From Owenia fusiformis (Eukaryota), in contig CAIIXF020000001.1 of NCBI GenBank assembly GCA_903813345.2, positions 27,838,001-27,902,000 on the forward strand: a DNA stretch of 64,000 nucleotides, in the 5' to 3' direction. The notes under the pieces were generated by a model. The model had not been told where the DNA came from. It searched no databases and saw nothing but the letters and a program-made list of their open reading frames with translations. Shown one piece after another: positions 35,215 to 48,534 of this stretch. The translations under genes and the position numbers were made by a program. Every line of letters starts with the position of its first letter. Positions within the stretch are counted from its first letter, which is position 1.

Positions 35215-38200
35215 ATGGATGTTGTTGAGGACTTTCATATAAAAATCAACTCAAATGAGACGATCGGTGACGGGAAAGAAGATGCCGTTGCTCATTTTAC
35301 AGACTCGAGTGTATTCTTATGGGCCACGATGTTGACGTATGGAGCGTTTTCACTTGTTGGAACGTTAGGTAACTGAACCGTTTATTTTTCATTCAGATCC
35401 TCGTCAAATCTTTTTTGTTTTCTGTATGATCAAAACTGAGAAGAAATGTGTTAACCGAAATTCTCGGAAAGAAAACTAGAATGTAAGATTGCTTGCATTA
35501 TCTTCATGTAATTCCCACTGGAATTTTTTAACGTAAACAGTATAAATATAGAATTCTCAGTTTGTTAACTGCGTTTGTATCAGCATTCAGCAATGAGTGT
35601 TGTCAAGAACCTTTGAAAACCTATTATGATAACACCAAAATAAATCATTCCGACATTACTCTTGACAATTTAATACACTTATTAAGAGAAAGATGGAGAG
35701 CTCCGATTCTATTGTATTTCATGAATAAATCCATTTCGAAGGTTGCAAAGTTGAGGGCTTTTACATTACATTCTGCAAATTTTTCAAGTATTTGGCTTTC
35801 TATTGGTGGCCATTTTGAATTTTCTCGAAAATCATTTTACCGCATTTAGACCAATATAACTAGCAACCACTTTGTAGAATGATCCATTTCAGAGATTGCT
35901 CTTGTTATAAGAAGACTTTCTGATCTGAGAATATTTAGGAATTGAAATTAAAGGCTTTCCCCCATGAAAATCTAAATATGATAGGCAAAAGATTGGGGCA
36001 TAAGTATCTTACCCGTAGCCAACTTAATTTACCAAGAGGGGGAGCTTTTTTATAGTATTGGCTAAAATATCATGCGAAAGGTGTTCGGAATGGTGAAAAC
36101 TGCATGATTTTGAAAGAACTTCCAGTCAGGCGACGGACCTTATCAGTGCCGTTATTTTCACGTATCAGACCACGATGTTTTCTAACGAACCATATTCAAT
36201 AATTCAATGATACGTCTAATGTTCCAGCTCTGAAGGTTCATTAGATGTCTTGTAGTGAAACCTCCCTTGAGCCGAGTTTACGTCACACGCTAAACTATAT
36301 CTAGTAGCCATAGTGTCAATTGGAACATAACAGACGTTGATATTCCCATTGGAATAACGAAAATCGATGGAGCTGAATCAATAAGAATTTAAAGTTTTGG
36401 ATGTTTTTTAAATGTGATTGACTGTTGAAAAAACATTGAATTAACAAAATCCTATTTATCATATACAAGACATTAACATATAAAATAATGTCACTACCTG
36501 ACATACCAACCACAATCCACAAAAAATTTGGAGACAAAAATGTCACCACTTCTTATAGTTAAATAAAAAAGCTATTATCTTTCAATTTTTAACATAAACT
36601 ACTGTTTTAGGTAACCTGGTCGTAATTGTTGTAGTAGCAGCCAACAAGCCCTTACATACTATGAGCCAGTTCCTGATAACACAGCTGGCCATTGGTGACC
36701 TGATCACTCTTCTATTTTGCATGCCCTTCTCTGTCACGTCTGCTTATTTGTTTAAGGTAAAGGTAACATAATACTAAAGTAATATGCAATTAGAAAATGA
36801 AACGTATGACATAAATACTGAAATCTAGACAGTTTTCGCAGCTTTCTTGATGAAGTGTATAGAATTCTAAACAAAGAATATTCATCTCCTTTCTTGCAAC
36901 GGAGCAATCTAGCTATGAACACAAATCATGGTAATACATGATCTGAAATCTATAAAAATCGTATCATTTACTCACATAAAGATACTGAAGAAGAAATGCG
37001 AGGATCAACCGTTTAACTGATCACTGATCAAGTTGCAGTTGAAGAGATGTTTATGTACACGTTGACAACACTCTTAAAAATGAATTACTTGAGTATTTCC
37101 CAAGTATAAAAATTACTTAAAGTTAAATACTTAGTTTTACTTCATTTTACTTAGGTTTTACTTATATTGTCATTTTGAGTTTTTTAATTGCTTAATTATG
37201 TAAATGAGTATTACAATTACTACAGTAAGTATTTCAATTTCTCTCCTTGCATTAGTAAATTCACCATAAATTCAGAGTGCCTGTGAAGTCATTTGAATTT
37301 TTTTAAATTAATATAATATATATCATTGTTTTAAATTACTTATAATTACTTTGAATTACTTAAAAATTATTCAGTAGTTCAAGATTATTTAAGTAATTTT
37401 TTACTTAAAATGAGTAGTACAAGTTCTCAATATAAGGAAATCCAAGTAATATTTTTTAAGAGTGAAATGACCACGTGCAGTATGGCAAGTGATTTTAGAC
37501 GGTCATATCTTTCACCATGAGTACTTTCTGGGCATAAATACAGTGTTTTTTATTAAAACAAAATGTTTCGAAAAATTATGAATAGGGACCCCATCTCAAC
37601 ATTTTTTCAAAATATTCAACCTATTTACTCAAAAGAGGATCTTCTTTTTCTGATTTTTATTGCATGAAAACATTATTCAGCAAGGGGTCTAAGACATGTT
37701 CAAAAATAGAATGGTATTGAAAGTCTAGTTTTGAAGATATTAATTTTCGATGACCAAAATTATGCTGAAAGCAATGGATAGCACGAGTTTTCCCTATGGG
37801 AAAATAACATGGGATATGTGTTAATATTTCTTTTTAGAAAATAAGCCTAACATTTTTCAAAAGGTGCCACGGTGGGCCCTATTCCATAATTTTTCAGAGA
37901 GTTAGATTGATATTTTATTATCATGGGGACTTCACTTGAAAGAAAACATATTGTTTTAATAAAAGCCAAGTCTTATGACGTGCACGGACCTGGGGACAAT
38001 TCGGGAAATACGGGCTGATTTCAGCTTTGAGCGTTAATCTCTGCCTTATTTAAAAAGCTAGCTATGTGTTTTATATCATTTTGAAGTATTTTTTATTCGC
38101 ATTTCAGTGAAATTATTTTTTCTTCAAAATTTTGATGGGATCCAACATATTTTTTAAGTTAAACATATCCCAAAATCGTCAAATACGCTGTAAGACGTAA

Positions 38201-41200
38201 CACTTTACACTTACAGGGCTCGTAGAAACTGGGATAACTTTTGAAATAATGATCAAAATCCCACTAAAATTTCACAATTTATTCAATGGAACATGTTCAT
38301 TTATGAAATCACAATTGCTTATGGCTACAGTTCAAATTATCATATATGAACGCTTTTAAAATTTTCAAAATTGTGTAAGGTTTTGAAGGCGAATGGGACG
38401 AGCAATAAGTTTACCTTCATTTAACCTTCTAATTCAAGTCTGATTTGAAAGAAAAATTAACTGCACAATATTGTCATGGCGAAATTTACAAAACAATAAC
38501 CAACCAGTTTGTTTATTTTGCAAATAATATCAAAATAAGAGCTGGTTTTCGTGACTTGAAAAAATGTGACGCATCGATTTTCTACCACAAATTCCATATA
38601 TATCAATTTTTACCAACGCCCCAAGTGGATTTCTTGACCGTTTTCCAAAATTCAAAAACATTTTAGAAATATTGTCCTCGAGATCTTGCTACCCTGTGAA
38701 TTTTGTCATGATTAGATAAGGATAAAGTATTTTATTTTTAGGTTGACGTTGTAAGGCTGTTTGCGCCCTATGCTGCTCATTGTTTTGTCTTGGTTTTTTG
38801 ACGCCATAATGTTACGCTAATTGTCCCCAGTTTCGTGCGACGTGTAACTGTATTTATGGCCAGAAAGCACTCGTGGTGAAAGATATGACTGTCTAAAATC
38901 ACTTGCCATACTGCACGTGGTCTTTTGGTGAAACTAACCCACAACAATGTAATATAAAAAGAATCTACCTATATCTACCAGGGGTGTAACCAGCAATTGT
39001 CAAGGGGTGCGATTTTTTGACTTACATCACTGCTAGCAAAGCGAGCCCCAAAAAGGGGTATATGGGTTCACGCCCGGAAATTAAAAAAATCATTTTGTAT
39101 ATGACCTGCATTTCAAGAATTTCAAACTATGATTTGTAAATGTTTTTCAACAACTTTTTTCTTTTTTTTGTGGGGGTGGGGGAGGGGTCACCCCCTGAAT
39201 ACGTCCATGTTACCTACCGTCAATAAAATGCTGAGTTAGTATTCACATAATGTTAAGTTATAGCAGAGACTCAGAATGTTTGAATTTTATTCTAATCTGA
39301 AAACATTGTTATACTACATTTTAGAGCTGGCCATTCGGTGAATTCATGTGTTATTTTGTGGCATTTGGAGGATGTATAGGTCCAAGCGTCTCAATTCTAA
39401 CCCTGTTGGTGATGAGCTTTGAGAGGTGAGGCAAATAATATTTTTTATTAATTTATAAAATATGCCCTATATCGGATCACTGGAGATAAAATCAACAGAA
39501 TGATTCCATTGTTATTAGCGGTAAACAACCAAAACGCTGCTACATTTACTTCAGAGCGTTTCATTCACCTTTAACCGCTTCGGAGCTGAAAACTGGCGAC
39601 AAACGAAGACCTAACGATGACCGTAAGTATTCTTTCACTTGTTTCTCTTCATCTCATACGTTAAGGTGACATAGTACAGTATGTACCATTCGAAGACCAA
39701 CACTTTAAGCTCATTCACTCAACGTCTGGTGGTGAACTGATTGATCAGTGAACGAATGATGAATTGGGTTATGGTTATTGAATGGCAACAATTTAATTTC
39801 AACAAAACTTATGTGTTATATGATTGATTTAGTAAACCCAAACGACATTGTCTTTTGTTCTTTTCTACCAATTCTTTGGAGTGAAATGAAACATCTGTCT
39901 AAACCTCGTAAGAACAAAATAACAAAAACAATGTACTTAGTTCTCAATAATATTGTAGTTGCTGGGAAAGCTAAGTTGATTTAGAACAAGTGTCTAAAAA
40001 ATAAAATAAATACACCCTCTCCCATTCTATATATATTTATACCCAAGATACTTTTTAGAGAGTTTCTATATGGCTGAATAAAGCTGATCTTAATAGATGT
40101 CACCCTTGTTTATTTTTGTATTGGTTGGGCCAGACTGCCATAGACAACCATGTTGAAAACTTGCAATAGCCACTTAATTTAATGATTGAGAAAATAGTAT
40201 ATTGGTTGAATCCGTCTGAAATGGTATACTATGGATTGACCATGTCAATGTATATATTGTGATTAGGCTCTTGAATACCAACAATGACAAATATATCTGT
40301 CACAAACAAAATCCATTTGGAACCCAGAGCGACAGATATATCTGGCACATTTTTCACTAAAACTGCTCTAATTTTGGCAATTTTTATCCAATCTTCACAA
40401 ATCATGTTATAAAATGGGTCTATGTTTACTATTCTTATGAAATCAAAAATCAAACATTTTGTTTTTAAATGTAAATATCCAAAAATTGGCAAAAATGAAA
40501 GATCCTCTGGTTTCAAACCATTTTTAGAGGCTGGTATTCAAGAGGTTAAAATGTTGGTTGTCAAACGTTTAAACCACGATTCCAAAGAATTTTGATATTG
40601 CATCAATGGGGATTTGGCCAGAGTTGTTTTAGAAAAGTTGAAAAAGTCATGGGAAATGATTTAATATAATGACATAACTGTATTAATCAAAGTTATTATT
40701 GTAGAACATTTTTTTACTGAATTAAAATATGCTGGTAAAGAGGAGGAAAAGTAAGTCATTAAAGATCATTGTAAAGAGGAGACACGTGGCTTTATGGTGC
40801 ATTGGGTGAAATCAATGCTGTTATCACCGGTTTTGTGCTTTTCCGAGATAACAATCTGTTGCGTTTTTTATACGCACTGTATAAAAACAAAATACAGTGT
40901 CGGATGAGTTTTCTTAGAATGATTAATATAATTTTTCAAATGAAAAATTTTAGAAACGCTTTTTGCCACTTTATTATGATATTATTTCGAGATGAGTAGA
41001 GAAGAGTAAGATATCGTACATTTCTCTCCTCAGTGTGAAATAGGTCCCTCTTTGTTTCTTGTGCCACTTTTTATGTGGAGCATTTCTGTATAGGCCCCTT
41101 AAATTGGTTGTATACGTTAGATGGTGATGGTGTGTTTTTAGTTAAATTATGCGTTATTATATTGTATTTAACGAATCGAATGTATATCAAATTACACATT

Positions 41201-42115
41201 CCTTCTATATTCCAATTATCATCGAAATACCAGACCCGGGTTTCTCGCCATTTTTCTTACTCTGGAGCGTTTTCCTGTTTGGATTCAGTGGTGAGACGCT
41301 CTGGTGTGAATGTAGCAGCGGTTTCGGTGCAGTGGGTTCCGGTTGTACACAGTGCTATCATAATGAATACTTTATATGAAAGATTGCACCAATCGCACCT
41401 CCTCTGGCTACGTCCATGTGACTGTCATGACCTTTTCTCCAGGTATCTGGCTGTAGTCTACCCGTTGAAGGCAAAATCGTTCTGGACTAAAGGCAAAGTT
41501 TGTTTGGCCTGTGCGTTTATCTACCTTGTGTCTTTTACGCGTGCCCTGATCCGGCCTATTTTGGTGAAGAACTATTCTATTGTCTACTCAGAAGACGACA
41601 CGGGAAAAGGCAAGTGTAGCTCCACAGTTGGGTCCATAGAGCTTATCGTTTTCAATGCAATAGGTGGAGTTGGCTTCTACTGCATCCCTCTTTTGATCAT
41701 CGGGTTTTGCTACGCGAAGATCCATACTGAAATACGAAAGAGCATCAAAATGGCTGCTGGCTCTGATGACATTATAAAAAAGAGGGAAAGGGCAACTAGA
41801 GTTGTGTTCGCTATCATCATTCTATTTGGAGTTATGTGGCTCCCTATCTACATCGTTACTCTTATGTACGTCACTGATGATATCAAGGTTTTTGGCAAAG
41901 AGAATTGGTTCATCGTGTTTGTGTTTGTTGCGCGTATCTTAGAGTATGGGAATGGTGTCGTCAATCCTATATTCTATTCTCTCCTTAGTGATAAATTCCG
42001 GAAATGTCTGAGAAATCCAGCGTGCTGTGCTCCAGGAGTAAAAGAAGGATTGTCGGAGACTTCAGCCTCCACTTCTAAAACTACATCGACTACAATCCTC
42101 GATGATAAGAAATAA
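35215..42115 (+). CDS. Class A (rhodopsin-family) GPCR, peptide-receptor-like, ~357 aa
   Basis: Exons 35215-35368, 36611-36756, 39325-39425 and 41443-42115 join in frame: GTLGN (TM1), LAIGD (TM2), WPFGEFMC, SFERYLAVVYPL (ERY), FGVMWLP (TM6), NPIFY (TM7), C-terminal CC and Ser/Thr tail. Confidence 0.93.
37069..37464. mobile_element. AT-rich MITE with CAC termini and 2-bp TSD (EnSpm/CMC-like)
   Basis: AA|CACTCTTAAAAA...TTTTTAAGAGTG|AA; interior full of TTACTT/AAGTAA motifs. Confidence 0.7.
37469..38922. mobile_element. ~1.45-kb non-autonomous TIR element (~75-bp TIR)
   Basis: GACCACGTGCAGTATGGCAAGTGATTTTAGAC... with its reverse complement at 38847-38922; degenerate relative at ~18820-19068; TSD unclear. 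Confidence 0.8.
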
Positions 42116-42944
42116 CAGGTCAAACGAGCACGATGAGCACAAGCCACTGACACAAACCCGTATATCATTTTGTATATAAATGAATTAAGGATGCACATCA
42201 TGATAGAGGACACGCATAGGCTAGTAGATAAATGTGTTATATAGTGCAGAGACATATAAAGCAATTATATAAGAGTATAATTCGTATATATGCTTTCGTT
42301 AACACTCCGATTTTTTGTGATAGGGATATCGATAAAGTTCGATCCATGGTTAAGATGACATCGCACTTGAAAGATCTTCATAGATTATTTGCATAATATA
42401 CAGTTGCCCCAGCTATCGAATAAATAGCATTCAAAGAATGAGTCATGGAAGACTCCATCATTATCATTGTTTTTGAAAATTGCAGAAATCAAATTTAAGG
42501 AATGATTCTATCGAAATTAGAATAATGGTCATAAGAAGAAAATATGTCATGATTATATATTAAAAGTGTTTGTTAATCGATCGAGGAGCCATCTTTATCA
42601 CTTACCCCCACTTTATTTACTTTACTTTCCATTTTATATCAATAGACCTATTGGCGCAAGATCAAAGATCTGTAAATACCTATTTTTCTTCTATCAAGAG
42701 AACACAGATGTAAAGATTAAAGATCAATACACATTTTTTTGTGTTTCATAACCTCCTTGTTTATGTCACACATCAGATATCTATTTTTGACGATAACTAT
42801 AATTTTGAGAAATTGTGCAAAAAGGTCGCAGTTGCAATTATCAAAAATCCTGGAAATATGTTTCAAACATATCCAATCATTATATAGATACTACGTACAG
42901 TAGCTCTCACGATTTCAAACATAATCTCCCATGATCAACAATAT

Positions 42945-43468
42945 CACCCCGGAATAGCCTGACAACGGTAAATTCAGATACCGTTGTCACAAATGGCGGA
43001 CATAACCGTCGCTTCAATTAGATTTTCACGAACTGTATGTTTAATAGAGCACCTAGACTAAATTCCTTTGGAACAACAATCAATCAAAGTGCCTTAATAC
43101 TCAATGTACAGTTAATAATCTACCATCGAAAGAAAGTCTTTAATTTAACCGATCAAAATGAGATACAGTACGGGACAACGGACACTGTAATTACCACATG
43201 CCGTTGTCTTACTAAATTACTCTAATTCAGATTCCGTTGTCATTGACGATACCGAAGACGCTATATTGTGGCGACTCACGACCCAATTTCATCGAAAATG
43301 GGATTTCATATGATACATTATCACAAGAGCTTACTGCATGCACAGAATTAGTAACAATAAAATCCCATGAAATGAGGAGCAAGTGATTAAACAGTTGAAG
43401 CGACGGTTATGTCCGCCATTTGTGACAACGGTATCTGACTTTTACCGTAGTCAGGCTATTCCGGAGTG
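42945..43468. mobile_element. Transib-like MITE
   Basis: CAC...GTG termini, ~70-bp TIR, 5-bp TSD AATAT (42940-42944 and 43469-43473). Confidence 0.8.
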
Positions 43469-43779
43469 AATATGCCATTATAATTTTATCAATTGTAGAC
43501 AAAGCATTAACATGCAAAATGTCACCACCAGCCATTTGTTACATACGCTGATCACCGAACGCCAAACACCAACCATCGAACACCGTCCACATGAAGAGAC
43601 TAAAAGATGAATACATAATTGTAAAAATCTTTAGATTACCTCAAATAAAGTATGGATTCTTGGAGTTTTTAGAAAATAGACACGACAAGGAATGGTATGA
43701 GCGGAGCCAAAAATATGAAACAATTTTTGTTTAGGCTACTCGGTAGATCTGATAATACTATATCATTAAACAGTAAACA

Positions 43780-43898
43780 ATTGTTGACCGCTAATCAGCC
43801 AATCAGAATCGAGTATTTAAGTTGAGGTACTAACAATACATATTGTTGATCGCTAATCAACCAATCAGAATCGAGTATTTCAGTTGAGGTACTAACAA
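43780..43898. repeat. ~60-bp direct duplication containing CCAATCAG
   Basis: TTGTTGA(C/T)CGCTAATCA(G/A)CCAATCAGAATCGAGTATTT..GTTGAGGTACTAACAA occurs twice. Confidence 0.8.
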
Positions 43899-44110
43899 AA
43901 TATATAGGCCCACATTTTACGAATATACAATATATAAAATATAGATAGCGTGTATGCTGGGGCAATTACTCAAGACACTCGTGTCAATTAATATCTCTCA
44001 CTTCTATGCTATCAACTTATTCAAGTGAGTACACCATTAGTACGTTTAATTAGCTTACCTAGATTACCACCTGTGATGTCCGAAACCCCCGCCTCTCCCT
44101 CTGTTTGACT

Positions 44111-44936
44111 AAGCTTGTATTCGCAAATGCAACTAACGCCTGTCGGCTACCGGATTAATCTACTATTTTATGGGTAACTCATTTAAATATAAATAGTACC
44201 TGCCACTATTCCATTAAGATCTAAATCAGTTTGACATTAAATAGTAGGTTAATCCGGTAGCCGACAGGTGTTAGTTGCAATTAACGGTATGCACGACAGG
44301 TACTGTTCATATTTAAATGAGCTTAGCTTATACGACAGGTACTGTTCATATTTAAATGAGCTTAGCTTATACGACAGGTACTGTTCATATTTAAATGAGC
44401 TTAGCTTATATTCGCAAATGCAAATAACTGCAGCTGTCGGCTACTGTATGCGATTAACCTACTTTTTATGGCAAAATCATTTAAATATGAATGGAATATA
44501 TAGTGGCAGGTACTAATTATATTTAAATGAGTTTCCCATAAAATAGTAGGTTAATCCGGTAGCCGAAAGTTGCATTCGCGAATACTAGCTTGTATTCGCG
44601 AATGCAACTTTCGGCTGTCTGCTTCCGGATTAATCTATTCTTTTTTATAAATTAACCCGTCAATTAGCGAATTAGCGAAGCAGTTACACGGCAGGTACTT
44701 TCATATTCAACTCATTAACTATGAATAGTACATGTACCTGCCACTATTCCTTGCGACTTGCGGCAACCGGGTTGATTGCAGTTTGATGGCAAACTCATTT
44801 CATATGAATAGTATCTGCTTGGAACCCGGTAGCTGATTCGCACATTCGCTTTTAATTTTGACGGGTTAATTTATGAAAATTCAATAGGTTAATCCGATAG
44901 CCGGCAGCCGAATGTTGCATTCGCGAATACAAGGTA
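44111..44936. mobile_element. Cluster of adjacent palindromic MITEs (Harbinger-like) with an internal 39-bp triplication
   Basis: Termini AGCTTGTATTCGC(A/G)AATGCAAC and their reverse complements at 44111, ~44590 and ~44935; ACGACAGGTACTGTTCATATTTAAATGAGCTTAGCTTAT x3 at 44293-44409. Confidence 0.65.
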
Positions 44937-45179
44937 AGACTAATTCCATCATTGGAATAAATGTAAATACTAGTTCAGGTATTTTATATAATAATTCTAC
45001 CTAAGACACTTTTTAGAGTCAGTCCTTTTTGGAAAAGTATGCTCAATTAATTTGCAATTGAATTCAGCCTATGTCAAAATTTTAAAACAAGGCACAGCAC
45101 GTGAACGAGATCACACCATCAAATAGGCAGACACTATGAACCAGGAGAACTGTTCTCCTATTATGTTTACAAATTTCAA

Positions 45180-47490
45180 GAACAAGAAAACAAGATGGCC
45201 GCCCAAAAGTTAATCAGCTCTAGTACTTGATATCCTCTATCATTTGTGTAAATTTGAAGGAAATCCGATGAGCGGTTTTCCAGAAATGGCGATGACAAGA
45301 TTTTTCGAAAAACCTTCAAAATGGCCACCAGAAAACAAGATGGCCGCCCAAAAGTTAATCAGCTCTAGTACTTGATATCCTCTATCATTTGTGTAAATTT
45401 GAAGGAAATCCGATGAGCGGTTTTCCAGAAATGGCGATGACAAGATTTTTCGAAAAACCTTCAAAATGGCCACCAGAAAACAAGATGGCCGCCCAAAAGT
45501 TAATCAGCTCTAGTACTTGATATCCTCTATCATGTGTGTAAATTTGAAGGAAATCCGATGAGCGGATTTTCTGAAATGGCGATGATAAGATTTTTCGAAA
45601 AATCTTCAAAATGGCTGCCAGAAAACAAGATGGCCGCCCAAAAGTTAATCAGCTCTAGTACTTGATATCCCAAGGGAAAGATCAATACCCGGTGATTTCA
45701 GCGGGAAGTGGCGTTTCGTTCATTGGATGAGCTGCGCGCGCACGCATAAATGTGATTATCCAATATAATTTAGGGGAGGGCTATTTGAAGTAGTTTTTGG
45801 TCTCAGGCGCGACCCAGGGCTGTTGTCTTAAGGACATTTCGTTGAAAATGAGCCATTCGGCTGATAATTGGTAAGAGTTTGCGATCTTATAATGTATAAC
45901 TGTTACTCAGACACATATTTTGACACGATTCTGTTGGAAATAAGCTTTGAACCGAGAGATATTCACGATTGATATGCACATTTTTGATTGTGCCATTGCT
46001 TTTCTATTGCACAACCCATGTATTGATAGAAGAAACATTAATAATACAGATTGGTTTACCTTCAATACATGGCAGACACTACATATCGGTCTATTAATAC
46101 CAGTTTGTGCCTTAAATAGTTTTATATTTCCATCCACGGCCTGGAGCCTGGGTGTGTTTGTCTCTTATGTGTATGCTTGTGCATGGACTTCTAATCACTA
46201 GCAGAATTTAACATGATGCAAACTCGACATTATAACTCATGCTGTAACATTTTGACTTCGCTGGAAAACAATAGGAATTATTTTTCTTGCCAATCAATCA
46301 TGAATCACAATCAAAATTTCAGAATGATCAATCAGGCAATGATCCAAATCAAGTTATAACATTATATGATATTCAGCAAGAAGTCCGGTAGAAATACAGA
46401 ATATTTAAACATCAAAGCTGAAAGTTGAAAGCTAATCTGTCAATTTTCTGTCTGCAAAAGAGCGTCCCAAGAGCGTTTACATTTGACACAATAACAGACT
46501 GAGGCCTTGAAATCTAGGATTCCCCAGGAAAATATGACGTCATACTAATTAGCATAAGGATTTCCCTATTGGGGTGGGTCGAGCCTTGTTCGAAAACACA
46601 ATCCATAAATACATGCTAATTTCTAAGGAGATAGGAAGTGTATAACGTGTTTATCGATTTTGTTTAAAGATTTAATCAATTATCAAATTGTTTAAGTGGA
46701 TAAAGTGGTCACACTTGCTTCAATTCATAGCGAAATCGACGGATAGAAACTGACCGAATTCCCGATATCCTACCCCGTATTACTGTAGGCTATAAGCACA
46801 GTGACCTACAGAGGGCGCTATCACAAACAAGTACTGGACGAACCGATAAATTCCCGGGTATTGTAACGCCCTTGGATATCCTCTATCATTTGTGTAAATT
46901 TGAAGGAAATCCGATGAGCGGTTTTCCTGAAATGGCGATGACAAGATTTTTCGAAAAACCTTCAAAATGGCCACCAGAAAACAAGATGGCCGCCCAAAAG
47001 TTAATCAGCTCTAGTACTTGATATCCTCTATCATGTGTGTAAATTTGAAGGAAATCCGATGAGCGGATTTTCTGAAATGGCGATGACAAGATTTTTCGAA
47101 AAATCTTAAAAATGGCTGCCAGAAAACAAGATGGCCGCCCAAAAGTTAATCAGCTCTAGTACTTGATATCCTCTATCATTTGTGTAAATTTGAAGGAAAT
47201 CCAATGAGCGGTTTTCCTGAAATGGCGATGACAAGATTTTTCGAAAAACCTTCAAAATGGCCGCCAGAAAACAAGATGGCCACCCAAAAGTTAATCAGCT
47301 CTAGTACTTCATATGCTCTATCATCTCTGCGAATTTGGAGAAAATCTGATGAGCAGTTTTCCTTAAACGGCGATGACAAAAGCGGGACGATCACGATCAC
47401 GATCACGACCACGACCACGACCACGATCACGACCACGATCACGATCACGACCAGTATGACGACTATATCCCACCGATGGTGTGATAAAAA
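45180..47490 (+). mobile_element. Helentron/DINE-like element carrying 136-bp tandem repeats, an (ACGATC/ACGACC)n microsatellite and a 3' hairpin-like end
   Basis: About seven near-identical 136-bp units (CCAGAAAACAAGATGGCCGCCCAAAAGTTAATCAGCTCTAGTACTTGATATCC...), microsatellite 47387-47452, end ATATCCCACCGATGGTGTGATAAAAA. Confidence 0.7.
45671..46874. mobile_element. P-element-like non-autonomous transposon (1204 bp) nested in the 136-bp array
   Basis: CAAGGG...CCCTTG ends with an imperfect ~28-bp TIR (CAATACCCGG core); 7-bp TSD GATATCC (45664-45670, 46875-46881). Confidence 0.8.
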
Positions 47491-48534
47491 TGGAGCCCTA
47501 TAAATTTTGTCCAACTCGGTAATTTTTAGAATTATTAATACATAATGCAAGTAGAGGGTCTTAATGTTCAAGGCAGCGACGGATTAATTAAGTGCTTCAC
47601 ATTAAGTTACAGTTTCCAATGTTTTTCACTCTAAAATAATGTAAAATTATCGTAAGGAATTTCTTCATTGGTTCATGAATTTCGATACATTATTACAAAG
47701 ACCCAATGCGCTTTTAATTCATGGCTTGTTATATAAGGCATCGTTATAGAACATTCATAACTTAACACGATTCTAGATTTATTAACTTAAGGAAGGAGTA
47801 ATGAAACCATCCTTCCACCCACCTAATTATTCACAAATGATCCTGACGGAATGCGACGCCAAATTTGAAATCGGTTCCAGAAATAGAAGAGCATTGCCAA
47901 CCATCAACCAATAAAGCAAGAGAGCTATTTAAGATCGATATTAAAAGAATTAACAACGGAAACAGTGGTCTAAGATATTTTAATCTCAGGGACGGCACAT
48001 ACCAAGATTGGGAACAAAGGACTTAACATCAACGTTAGTAGTGAGTAAGTATATATTTTAGTATTATATAAAGTATATCGAAATGAAATCTCACACTTTA
48101 CGAAACCTATTTGATATCATTAATTGTTACATTATGCTTTAAATGTTTTTTATTTATCTATGGAATGCAAAATGACCCTTTTAAGAAACATCGCTGGAAG
48201 ATCTACTTTAGAAAACTTTATTTGTTCCTACGATTATGTAGTACAAACAAAAAGAGAAAGAGGTCCGTAGTGATTACTTAAAATCGAGATATGTTCACAG
48301 ATAAATTTCTTCCTCATAATTTTGATTTTTATTATTCACTTATTATATGAGTAAATAATCAACCTTGGTTTTCCCGAGGGCTCGCCTTAGTCTAATCAGT
48401 TTCTTTCAGTTACGTATATTTTCGAAATGCTAATTATGAATCGCCACTTATGTGTTATTTATAACTCAGATGAAAACAAACTCTCATAACATTTAATTGA
48501 AAATATGACGGAAGCAAAAACATAAACAAAACAA

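Noticed and set aside
39478-41354. CACTG...CAGTG-bounded transposon in GPCR intron 3
   Set aside because: Only weak terminal similarity and no TSD, so ends cannot be fixed.
41075-41442. N-terminal 120 aa of the 346-aa ORF as part of the GPCR
   Set aside because: Intronic read-through; a polypyrimidine-AG acceptor at 41442 joins upstream exons that supply TM1-3 and ERY.
47176-47571. Poly-Val/Ile and poly-Thr ORFs as TM or mucin proteins
   Set aside because: They are translations of the ACGATC/ACGACC microsatellite and 136-bp repeats.
47920-48050. TATA-like box and non-coding first exon of the prepropeptide gene
   Set aside because: A TATTTAA and GTGAGT/GTAAGT donors alone are too common in AT-rich DNA without transcript data.
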